Of a DNA stretch of 64,000 bases, positions 9,271 to 18,053 are shown in pieces; the stretch's first letter is position 1, and every line of letters begins with the position of its first letter. The notes beneath the pieces are model-generated. The model made no database searches, was not told the origin of the DNA, and was given only the letters and a program-made list of their open reading frames with translations. The position numbers and the translations under genes were made by a program. Origin of the DNA: a virus; IMG/VR virus record IMGVR_UViG_3300010382_000019, positions 263 to 64,262 of that record, one strand, 5' to 3'.

Positions 9271-9400
9271 ATCGTTATTACAGTGTCCTTTCTTAATAAA
9301 ACATAATATAATATCCTATATTTGCTATGCTCATGTAAACAGATTTCTTTAATAATACTTTAAGTTAAAACATATGGTACTGAATTACTTGAATGATGGG

Positions 9401-10108
9401 TTAACAGGACGCATATGTAACCAGTTGATTGTAAAACTCATTTCCGAATAAATATCTTAAATGGTATTCCATCGTTTTATATACAGGTATTGAATCAATT
9501 AACGGCTTTTCAACACAATCCATGAAATTTCTCCAACGAACAAACTTGGCAGTCTCTGCGGTAGCCAACGTAATAAATATTTCTTCATTATCCAAAATAA
9601 TAATTTCTAGTGGAGATATACAACAATCAAATGGTTTTACGGAGTAAACTGGTATGTGATTTATTTCTGAAATTCTATGCAATGAACAAAATCTATTTCT
9701 ACCTTCATTGGCTAAAAATATACATTCATCATTAATTTCATTAAGCTTATACCTACATAAAGTCATTTGACCTTGATGCAGCAGGTTAGCCTTTTCCTCT
9801 GAAAGATATTTAACTGCATTATTAATATATAATTCTAATATTTTTTCATTGTACGGCGACACAATGCCACCACCATCGCAACAGGTTCCGGTAAAATTTT
9901 CTGATGCATGAAAAGTGCAATGCTGTGGATCGCAAGACCATTTTCTATTGACAATTGCATTTTTATCCACATTGATATTCCCTATCTTTATTATTTCTAT
10001 TTTCCCTATGTACTCATTTACAAGGTTTGAATCCGGTTTATAGTCTTCAAACCTCTCACCAGTATTTCTATAATATTGTATAAACCCACTCCCCTTCAAT
10101 TGCCTCAA
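9401..10108 (-). CDS. DUF3109/YkgJ-like cysteine-cluster protein
   Basis: CDPQHC...GTCCDGG...CIFL...CSLH...KPFDCCISP. Confidence 0.65.
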   Translation of the reverse strand: MRQLKGSGFIQYYRNTGERFEDYKPDSNLVNEYIGKIEIIKIGNINVDKNAIVNRKWSCDPQHCTFHASENFTGTCCDGGGIVSPYNEKILELYINNAVKYLSEEKANLLHQGQMTLCRYKLNEINDECIFLANEGRNRFCSLHRISEINHIPVYSVKPFDCCISPLEIIILDNEEIFITLATAETAKFVRWRNFMDCVEKPLIDSIPVYKTMEYHLRYLFGNEFYNQLVTYASC

Positions 10109-11571
10109 AGATCACGACTATCTTCCAACTTTACTATATCCTTAAAAGAATAATCACCATCCAAAATGTTATGAGACACGTTAGTTAAATTGTTTTTATA
10201 AACTTTCAAATTTTGACCTTGATACAGCCACATATATAAGTTTTCTTTAGCTGCAATACTTTGTATATCAGAGTAAATTTTCTTTTTTGAAGTGTTGTCT
10301 TTTTCAAATTTTACTTTATGGATCAAAGAGTCAATTTCATAATTTGAAAAACCTGCAACATTTGCAATATCACCATTTTTATGATAAAAGTCATATACAA
10401 AACTATAGGGGTTGTTTGTATCTGGAGCATATGACAAAAATGACAAATCAAAATTGCCTGAATCAAACTCTTTACAAAATTGAGCAAACGGCAGTTTAAT
10501 AATTTCACATTCAATACCAATTGATGCAAGACCTTGTCCTAAAATACCACATGCTATATCTGCATCCTCCATTCCTGATACACTTAGTATTTTCAGTTTG
10601 GGGATGTTGGCTAAACCAATACTGTCAATAATATGTTTGGCTTCTTTTGTACTATAATTAATAAAAGATATATTGGGATTATGCGAATACACTCCTTTGG
10701 GAATAGCTGTATTTATTCTTATTCCCATTCCCATTCTTCCAGATTCCAGAAAATAATCGTAATCAAAGGACATTAATAGCGCAAGTCTAAATTTATTTAT
10801 GTCTAACGGTGTATGTTTGGAGTTTAACACAAACAACACCATATCCAAAGCATCAAACTTTTTAATTCTGATATTTCTATATTCACTGAGTTCTTTTGTT
10901 TTACTTGCCTGAACAGCCATAATATCACCAATAGTCAAAAAGAGCTGCTTTCTTTTTTCGTAATCACTTTCACAAATAATTCTTATATAATGAGTATACG
11001 GCTTAGTGCCCCAATACTGATCAAACCTTATTAATTCAATTTCTTTTTTGTCGCTATTGATTGTGTTTAGCTTAAAGGGACCAGTACCAATGGCACATTT
11101 TAATTGTATATCTGAGTTTCTTAACAACTGGGGGCTGATAATTGAACTCTCCTGAATAGCCAAAAAATAGATTAAATCCGGACAATCGTATTCCAATTCA
11201 ATGCAGAGAAGATATTTATTTATACAGAGTATTTTAGTATCCTTTAATAACCCGCTAAATAATTGCCTGGCTTTATTAGATTTATTTAACATTCGTACCA
11301 AAGACTCTTTTACAGCATAGGAATCACATTCTAATCCATCGTGAAAGCAAATATTCTTTTTTAGCTCAAAGTAATAAAGATTATCTGATTCAACCCACCA
11401 CGTAGCAACTAAAACGGGAACACAGCTATTTCCTATAAAACCGAATAGTTTTTCATAAATGTTATCAATAATTTCCCTGCTGATTGTGTCAGATGCGAAC
11501 ACCGGATCTATTGAACTTGGCATATCAATTTGAAGTCTGTATATAGTTTGCATGTTTTCCGTATTACTCAT
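10105..11571 (-). CDS. Family-5 (peptide/nickel) solute-binding domain protein lacking a signal peptide
   Basis: SIDP, IYEKL, FHDG, IGTGPFKL, YWG motifs. No hydrophobic N-terminus or lipobox. Confidence 0.8.
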   Translation of the reverse strand: MSNTENMQTIYRLQIDMPSSIDPVFASDTISREIIDNIYEKLFGFIGNSCVPVLVATWWVESDNLYYFELKKNICFHDGLECDSYAVKESLVRMLNKSNKARQLFSGLLKDTKILCINKYLLCIELEYDCPDLIYFLAIQESSIISPQLLRNSDIQLKCAIGTGPFKLNTINSDKKEIELIRFDQYWGTKPYTHYIRIICESDYEKRKQLFLTIGDIMAVQASKTKELSEYRNIRIKKFDALDMVLFVLNSKHTPLDINKFRLALLMSFDYDYFLESGRMGMGIRINTAIPKGVYSHNPNISFINYSTKEAKHIIDSIGLANIPKLKILSVSGMEDADIACGILGQGLASIGIECEIIKLPFAQFCKEFDSGNFDLSFLSYAPDTNNPYSFVYDFYHKNGDIANVAGFSNYEIDSLIHKVKFEKDNTSKKKIYSDIQSIAAKENLYMWLYQGQNLKVYKNNLTNVSHNILDGDYSFKDIVKLEDSRDL

Positions 11572-12760
11572 AATGTTTCTCCTGTTGTACTATTATTTTC
11601 TTACTATAATCAATTATCCCAAGACCGCCAAATAATAAGCCTGCAATAACTATATAAATAATTGAGAAGCATATTGGTCCGACTTTAATAGTGAATTTAT
11701 CTATAATGTTACCTAAAAATATATTTCCTAAAACATCACCGATACTCGCGCTCAACGAAATCAGAGCAAATTCAAATCCTTTAGCTTCATCTCTTATGTA
11801 CAATGTTTCTGCCTTTGGAACTGCGATATATGTGCATGTTACAAATATACTGCAAAGTAAAAATATAATCAGGAAGCCAAAGGAGTTGTTAACAATTGTC
11901 ATAAAAATACCTATGAAGGAAGCTAAAAAATAGCTAAAGCAAGCCATCTTTTTTACATCGACCTTATCAGCAATATGCCCTGCAATTATGTATGTTGGGG
12001 AACCTATGAACTCATCCAGCGACATAACAAACCCTAATGATGCCGCAGTGTAACCAAATGTAATGTAAAAATGCATAGGTACTATAACATTCCACATAGG
12101 GCTAGTCACAAATGTTTGCAAAAACATTACCACACAAAACAAATAAATCTTTTTACTCATGCCACTAAACAAATTCTTATCAATGAATTTATTATTACGA
12201 TTCTGTACTGAGGGTAAAAAAAACAGAGTTACTAATGCTGCCGCAAGCAATATTGCTGCTATTATAATAAATGCATATTTACCTTTGCTGAACTGATAAA
12301 GTAATCCGGTTGCTATACCTCCCAAGGAAGTTATGATTGATGATACTCCAAGTATATTTCCAAATCCCTTTCCTCTATCCTCAAATTCTGTTAGTTCTAC
12401 CGTATAAGAAGAATTTATTGATGTAAATACCCCTCGGCATACACCTAAACAACATAAGAGTATAAAATAATATGCTATTGGAGTTACAAAGGCCATTAAA
12501 AAGATTATTATAGCACCCGACACCAACGATATCATAAGGTATCTTTTTTGCCCAACTAGATCAGAATGTCTTCCAGTTATAACCTTTATAATAACCATTC
12601 CAAGAGAAAAGGAAGCCAGTCCCCCACCAATACTACTATAAGATAATCCCTGATCTGCCATTCTTAGCGGTATAATAATCGTAATAGCATTGAAGCTCAT
12701 TAGTAAACAACCTGAAACAATTGCAAAAACCCATAGCTGAACCTTTTTACTACATATCAT
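11564..12760 (-). CDS. MFS transporter (likely exporter)
   Basis: About 12 TM segments; GRHSDLVGQKR motif A; overlaps the next gene. Confidence 0.9.
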   Translation of the reverse strand: MICSKKVQLWVFAIVSGCLLMSFNAITIIIPLRMADQGLSYSSIGGGLASFSLGMVIIKVITGRHSDLVGQKRYLMISLVSGAIIIFLMAFVTPIAYYFILLCCLGVCRGVFTSINSSYTVELTEFEDRGKGFGNILGVSSIITSLGGIATGLLYQFSKGKYAFIIIAAILLAAALVTLFFLPSVQNRNNKFIDKNLFSGMSKKIYLFCVVMFLQTFVTSPMWNVIVPMHFYITFGYTAASLGFVMSLDEFIGSPTYIIAGHIADKVDVKKMACFSYFLASFIGIFMTIVNNSFGFLIIFLLCSIFVTCTYIAVPKAETLYIRDEAKGFEFALISLSASIGDVLGNIFLGNIIDKFTIKVGPICFSIIYIVIAGLLFGGLGIIDYSKKIIVQQEKHYE

Positions 12761-12813
12761 TTGTAATCTCCCAATTATATTAATATATCAAGCCCTTTTT
12801 TACTTGGGTATAA

Positions 12814-14190
12814 CTACCTTAGCAATTTGCCTTCCATTGTATGTAATTTGCTTAGTACAGGATATTTCTCAATCAGCCACATGATTTCAAGGAAAGTCTT
12901 CTTATAATCCGCACATTTTTCACTCCGTGCTCGAATATTATTGTTATTTGTATAATATGCCTGAGCCCTGCAGCCTCCACCGCAGAAAAATCTAAAATCA
13001 CATTTTTCACATATTGGGTTCAGGTTGCTTATATTGACGCTCCTATGTTCTTTAAATGTATTAGAATCTTTCCAAATATCTGCAAATGAACGGTTCCTAA
13101 TATTCTCGGCTTTATATTGTTCAATTTGAAAAGAAGGACAGGGGTAGACATCTCCATTTGCGGATATAGAACACGTATTTATACCTGAACCACAGCAATC
13201 GGTACGGATTGGCAATAAAACGGTCTCAATTAACTTACTAATAGCTGTGTCAATCAGTTTATTGAAAAGCCGCTCATCTACTGTAGCGTATTCTAATATT
13301 TTCTTAGTAACAAGGTATTCTTCGGGAATTTTTAAACCGTTTACCTCAGCATTACCGAAATTATTTAAGAAATTTAAAATTACTCTGTCAGCACCAATTT
13401 CATCTGCAAATTTAAAATATTCAATAATTTCATGTTGATTTCCCCGGTGGATAGTAATAGATAATGTAACCGGTACTCCTTTATCTACACACCATTTAAT
13501 ATTTCTTATAGTTTTATCGTATGTACCCGCACCACGAATATATTCATGTGCCGCTTTATCCACACCATCCAATGATATTGTCGTTGGAATTTTATGTTGT
13601 GCCAAATAATGGACTATTTCTTCAGTAAAGAGTAAACCATTTGTTATAAAATTAGGTTCAATTCCGGGTATATTTATTGCATCAAATATTTCAACAATAT
13701 CTTTCCTTAATAAAGGCTCTCCACCAGTAATGTCAAGCTTTACGCCGTTTTTACCCCCCACTTTTACAATCTCTGCTGCTAATTTTCTCATTTCTTGCGG
13801 ACTTAATTTGTTTTCTACCTGAGTTTTTTCTCCTAAAAAGCAATGTCTGCAATTAATATTGCATCTGGATTCGATATTCAGCCATACACCCTGCAAAGGA
13901 TAAACTTCAGTCTTTTCTTCGTTATTATCAGGTGAATTCTGTACATCACCAACATATAAGATGCCTTCATTAATGAGCATATTAACAAACTCTTGAGTTT
14001 GACTGTCAAGATCTCTTACTTCCTGCAATGACATTCCGTTTACCTTTCTCATAATGTCACTGCTACCTTTTGAAGCAATAAACCAAAAAGGTATTTCTGG
14101 AAAGATAATGATTTCTTTGCTTCCTTCACTATTTTTATAACTACTCATTTTCCCTAATAAATTTATTTTCTCGTTTATTTTGATTTCCAA
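12814..14190 (-). CDS. Radical SAM/SPASM peptide maturase with RRE-like N-terminus
   Basis: CNINCRHC, TGGEPLL, SLDG, SPASM CCGSG...VYPC...CEKC...FCGGGCRA. Likely TTG start at 14190 after the GAGGGGGG RBS (ORF track gives 14205). Confidence 0.92.
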   Translation of the reverse strand: MEIKINEKINLLGKMSSYKNSEGSKEIIIFPEIPFWFIASKGSSDIMRKVNGMSLQEVRDLDSQTQEFVNMLINEGILYVGDVQNSPDNNEEKTEVYPLQGVWLNIESRCNINCRHCFLGEKTQVENKLSPQEMRKLAAEIVKVGGKNGVKLDITGGEPLLRKDIVEIFDAINIPGIEPNFITNGLLFTEEIVHYLAQHKIPTTISLDGVDKAAHEYIRGAGTYDKTIRNIKWCVDKGVPVTLSITIHRGNQHEIIEYFKFADEIGADRVILNFLNNFGNAEVNGLKIPEEYLVTKKILEYATVDERLFNKLIDTAISKLIETVLLPIRTDCCGSGINTCSISANGDVYPCPSFQIEQYKAENIRNRSFADIWKDSNTFKEHRSVNISNLNPICEKCDFRFFCGGGCRAQAYYTNNNNIRARSEKCADYKKTFLEIMWLIEKYPVLSKLHTMEGKLLR

Positions 14191-14218
14191 AAGAACCCCC
14201 CTCAATTCATAGTATTGT

Positions 14219-14248
14219 AAGGGGCAATACGAGTGTGTATTGCCCCTT
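14219..14248 (-). terminator. 12-bp hairpin between precursor gene and radical SAM gene
   Basis: AAGGGGCAATAC-6 nt-GTATTGCCCCTT. No U-tract in the sense direction. Confidence 0.6.
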
Positions 14249-14255
14249 GACCCAT

Positions 14256-14336
14256 TTAGATAGAGTATTTGGTATGTGAAAAATGGTCTCTAAATGAGAT
14301 CGGAGTCTTCCTCTGTGCTACTGCAAATAGTTTCAT
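14256..14336 (-). CDS. Putative RiPP precursor peptide MKLFAVAQRKTPISFRDHFSHTKYSI (26 aa), not in ORF track
   Basis: GAGGAGG RBS; first gene of the radical SAM operon; followed by a hairpin. Confidence 0.75.
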   Translation of the reverse strand: MKLFAVAQRKTPISFRDHFSHTKYSI

Positions 14337-14869
14337 ACCCTCGCCTCCTCTCTTTAGCATGTTTAATCTATTATCATACTAATAGATTTATAATTTGGAT
14401 GTATCACAATATTACTCATTCCACAGAATACTTCAAACAGTGGATCAATATAGCAAATACTTTATTTGCTACATATAATCCAAGTTTAGTTTCTCAACTC
14501 CTCTATAGTTTTGTATATCTTTTACATAAATCTAACTCCTCTGTTATTTTTACTTTTGCTTGGATAATCATATATATTTGTATACTAGGTCATCTGCATC
14601 CCATTTTTGTATATAGTTCTTGCAGGGGTGAAATTAAATTTTCTATTGCTATACAAAAACATATTATTACAAATCAAGTTACATTTTGTATAAATGTTTC
14701 CACTTATTCAAGCATATTACATTATTACACAAGAGTCCAATATTATCGCTAGACAGCATTTGATACATCGTGATAAATTTGGTCAATATATGTATTTATT
14801 TATCATTGTTCTTCATTCAAATAAAGAATAAAACAGATAACCCCCACAAATTAAATAAGAATAAAAAAT

Positions 14870-14958
14870 CCCCCTCACTTCGTAAACCGAAAAAATGAGG
14901 GGGGTAGAGGTTTATTTAAAAAAAAACCTCCTGCATAGTCCTCAGACCGGACAGGAGG
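14870..14958 (-). terminator. Two tandem intrinsic terminators downstream of signal peptide C
   Basis: CCTCCTG/CAGGAGG (14927-14958) and CCCCTCA/TGAGGGG (14870-14902), each followed by a U-run on the minus strand. Confidence 0.65.
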
Positions 14959-14969
14959 CTTCTTCACTA

Positions 14970-15101
14970 CTATGGCATAACCTGTTCCGCAGCATATCTT
15001 ACAATACTAAGTGGATCTTTATCGATCCCAGCAAACACGCTTACCGGCATTGACAGTATAAGGGTCATTGCCAGAAGCAGGCTGATTATTGTCTTTTTCA
15101 A
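14970..15101 (-). CDS. Secreted signalling pro-peptide C (MKKTIISLLLAMTLILSMPVSVFA-GIDKDPLSIVRYAAEQVMP)
   Basis: AAAGGAGG RBS overlapping the receptor stop, TTG start, Sec signal peptide ending VFA. Confidence 0.85.
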   Translation of the reverse strand: MKKTIISLLLAMTLILSMPVSVFAGIDKDPLSIVRYAAEQVMP

Positions 15102-15117
15102 AGAAAAGACCTCCTTT

Positions 15118-16209
15118 CTAATTGGAATTATTTATGTCCTGGATGTACTTACGTATATTTCCCAGGCAGCTTTCCAGTTCCCTCTTGTATTCAAGGTTCT
15201 CCGCCGAAGTATATTTAATAAGCTTTTCCACCACTGCCTCCAGCTTTTTCAGCATTTTCCCGTCTTTCGCAACTGCTTTTGCCAGTGAATCAATGTTTTC
15301 AGTTATATAGCTCTTGTACACGGCATAGTCTTCTATATTGAATAACATCTCCAGGAATTTGTCTAAGGCTTTTTCCGGCTCTCCCAGCAACACTTCAATT
15401 TCCGTATAGGTTGTAAAATAAACAAAAAGCAAAGACGTATCTTTATTGTCCAGATATTCAAACGCCTTGTTTATATGCTCCAGTGCCTTTTTATAGTCGC
15501 CTGCTGCCTTATAAAGCTCCGCCAGATTGTTATATATTTTGCTTTTATCGAAATAATCGTTTTCCCCAAACATACCCAGTGCTTTGTCATAGTACTCCAG
15601 TGCCTTATCGAAATCCGACTGTACCTCATAATTTATTCCTATATTCATCAGAGTGTATCCTATATCAGTTTTTTCCTCAGCGTATGAAAAGGCTTTCTCC
15701 AACATTTCCTGTGCAAGCTCATATTTATTAAAAGGTGATTTGGCAAGCAGCGTGCCGTACCTGTAATAATGGAGAAACAGTATATGCCTGTCCAGGTCGG
15801 GAATATCCGGCAGCAGCTTTTCTACATATTTGTACTCTGCTTCGGCTGATTTATGCTCGTGCTTGTAAAAATATATAAGCCCAAGCTCCGAGCTATAGGC
15901 GGCAAGCAAGTTCTTCCTGCCGTGTACCTTTGCCATGTCTATCGCTATTTGCAGCATTTCCAAAGCAATTTTTATGTTGTTCCTGTAAAAATGCTGCATG
16001 CCGATAACACGGTACATTTCGATTGCCCCTGCCGTCAAGCCTTTTTGGTCACACCTGAGTTTAAGCCGCCACAGTATGTAAATATCATTTTCTCCTGTGT
16101 ATTTCTTTATATTTTTTGACACATGTTCCACTAAAGCCGCTAGCTTCTCACTGTCCGCCTCATTTATTTCCCGCTCTGTCAGTCCGGTCCTGCCAATAGA
16201 TAATTCCAA
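15118..16209 (-). CDS. RRNPP-like TPR peptide receptor 2
   Basis: TPR repeats (TLMNIGINYE..KALEYYDKAL; IYNNLAELY..KALEHINKA). Likely TTG start at 16209 after GAGGTGG (ORF track gives 16266). Confidence 0.85.
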   Translation of the reverse strand: MELSIGRTGLTEREINEADSEKLAALVEHVSKNIKKYTGENDIYILWRLKLRCDQKGLTAGAIEMYRVIGMQHFYRNNIKIALEMLQIAIDMAKVHGRKNLLAAYSSELGLIYFYKHEHKSAEAEYKYVEKLLPDIPDLDRHILFLHYYRYGTLLAKSPFNKYELAQEMLEKAFSYAEEKTDIGYTLMNIGINYEVQSDFDKALEYYDKALGMFGENDYFDKSKIYNNLAELYKAAGDYKKALEHINKAFEYLDNKDTSLLFVYFTTYTEIEVLLGEPEKALDKFLEMLFNIEDYAVYKSYITENIDSLAKAVAKDGKMLKKLEAVVEKLIKYTSAENLEYKRELESCLGNIRKYIQDINNSN

Positions 16210-16474
16210 TAGTTCCACCTCATGTCTCATATGTATTTCGGTGTATATTATACAACATATTTCCATATAAATATATATTATTCGATTGACAAATTGCTAC
16301 ATAAGCTGTATATGCTGTAGCGTACTTACCCATAAATATGTACATTTCAAGAAATTACTGCAAAATACCTTATGAATGACAGTGACATATTCAGCCTGCA
16401 ACAAATATCAGGACTGCGTAAAGCAAAAGTAAAGCCTCCTGCATAGTCATTAGACCGGACAGGAGGCTTTACCA

Positions 16475-16606
16475 CTATGGCATAACCTGTTCTACAGTAT
16501 CTCTTGCAATATTAAGTGGGTTTATATAGTTTCCTGCAAATACGTTTACTGTCATTGACAGTATAAGGGTCATTGCCAGAAGCAGGCTGATTATTGTTTT
16601 CTTCAA
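16475..16606 (-). CDS. Secreted signalling pro-peptide B (MKKTIISLLLAMTLILSMTVNVFA-GNYINPLNIARDTVEQVMP)
   Basis: AAAGGAGG RBS, TTG start, signal peptide; followed by a CCTCCTG/CAGGAGG terminator (about 16434-16467). Confidence 0.85.
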   Translation of the reverse strand: MKKTIISLLLAMTLILSMTVNVFAGNYINPLNIARDTVEQVMP

Positions 16607-16623
16607 AGAAAAGCCCTCCTTTC

Positions 16624-16758
16624 TCACTTTGGTATAACCTGTTCCTCAGCATATTTTGCAATATTATCTGGATCACTATAGTTTCCGGCAAATACGCTTA
16701 CCGGCATTGAGAGTATAAGGGTCATTGCCAGAAGCAGGCTGATAACTGTTTTTTTCAA
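16624..16758 (-). CDS. Secreted signalling pro-peptide A (MKKTVISLLLAMTLILSMPVSVFA-GNYSDPDNIAKYAEEQVIPK)
   Basis: AAAGGAGG RBS, TTG start, signal peptide; directly downstream of receptor 1. Confidence 0.85.
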   Translation of the reverse strand: MKKTVISLLLAMTLILSMPVSVFAGNYSDPDNIAKYAEEQVIPK

Positions 16759-16795
16759 AGAAAAGCCCTCCTTTCCCATTTGATTTATTTTCCTA

Positions 16796-17860
16796 CTATA
16801 TGTACTTACGTATATTCGCCAGACATCTTTTTAATTCCTTGTTGTATTCAGTGTTTTCCTCCGAAGTGTATTTAATAAGCGTATCAACCACTGCTTCCAG
16901 CTTTTTCAGCATTTTTATATTTTCCGCACCTATTGTTGTCAGGGAAGCAATATTTTCAGTAATATAGCTCTTGTATACGGTAATATCTTCTATATGGTAA
17001 AACATCTCCATGAATTTGTCCAAGGCTTTTTCCGGATCTCCCATTAATACCATAATTTCCGTATAGGTTGTAAAATAAATAAAAAGCTTAGTTACATCTT
17101 TGTTGTTCAGGTAATCAAATGCCTTATTTATATGCTTCAGTGCCTTTTTATATTCGCCTGCTGCCCTGTAAAGCTCCGCCAGGTTATTGTATACTACGCT
17201 TTTATTGAAATAATCTCTTTTCTCAAAGGTATCCAGTGCTTTATTATAGTACTCCAGTGCTTTATCGAAATCCGACTGTTCCTCATAATTTATGCCTATA
17301 TTCATCAAGGTTTTTCCTACATAAACTTTTTCTTCAGTATATAAAAGGGCTTTCTCAAATGAATGCTCTGCAAGCTCATATTCATGCAGAATTCTATAAA
17401 GTATACCATACCTGGAATAATGAAGATACAATATATGCCTGCCCAGGTCAGGAATATCCGGCAGCAGCTTTTCTACACGTTTGTACTCTACTTTGGCTAA
17501 TATATGCTCGTGATCGTAAAAATATACAAGCCCAAGCTCCGAGCTGTAGGCGGCTACCAGGTCCTTCCTCCCGATTTCCTCTGCTTTATTTATTGCCAGG
17601 CGCAGCTTGTCCTTGGCAAATATCATATTGTTCCTGTAAAAATAATACATGCCGACAGCACGGCACATTTTGATATTCTCAACCGTAAGCTCTTTATCAT
17701 AGCACCTTTTTTTAAGCAGCCGCAGTATGTCAATGTCTTTTTCTTCGCTGTATTTCTTTATATTTTGCGAGACATATTCCACCATGGCTGTTAACTTCCC
17801 ACTATCCGCCTCATTTATGTCACGTTCTGTAATTCCGTCTTTGTCAATAATTGCTTTCAA
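16796..17860 (-). CDS. RRNPP-like TPR peptide receptor 1 (paralog of receptor 2)
   Basis: Co-linear similarity to the 15118-16209 protein along its length. Likely TTG start at about 17860 (ORF track gives 17968). Confidence 0.85.
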   Translation of the reverse strand: MKAIIDKDGITERDINEADSGKLTAMVEYVSQNIKKYSEEKDIDILRLLKKRCYDKELTVENIKMCRAVGMYYFYRNNMIFAKDKLRLAINKAEEIGRKDLVAAYSSELGLVYFYDHEHILAKVEYKRVEKLLPDIPDLGRHILYLHYSRYGILYRILHEYELAEHSFEKALLYTEEKVYVGKTLMNIGINYEEQSDFDKALEYYNKALDTFEKRDYFNKSVVYNNLAELYRAAGEYKKALKHINKAFDYLNNKDVTKLFIYFTTYTEIMVLMGDPEKALDKFMEMFYHIEDITVYKSYITENIASLTTIGAENIKMLKKLEAVVDTLIKYTSEENTEYNKELKRCLANIRKYI

Positions 17861-18053
17861 TAGTACCAACGCCCCCCTTAGTTGTATTATATTGTATATT
17901 ATACAACATATTGCCATGAGGGTAAATATTTTTAAAAAAATTGTAAAAATATATTGTAAAAATATCAAATTTTATGGACATTATAAGTTAGCAACTATTG
18001 AATCATGTCTAATATATGCAGTTTATGCTTGATAATAAAAAAAGAGGGTAGCT

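Noticed and set aside
14256-14336. Assignment to the His-Xaa-Ser (Hxs) system
   Set aside because: Only one HxS triplet is present and there is a single radical SAM gene rather than an HxsB/HxsC pair; left as an unassigned aromatic-X-X precursor.
14294-14752. 152-aa plus-strand ORF upstream of the RiPP operon
   Set aside because: No RBS, AT-rich low-information translation, and antisense to the precursor gene and its promoter.
14970-16758. Repeated 130-bp units as a CRISPR array or non-coding repeat
   Set aside because: They are three paralogous protein-coding peptide genes with RBS, signal peptide and stop codon; there is no repeat-spacer periodicity and no cas gene.
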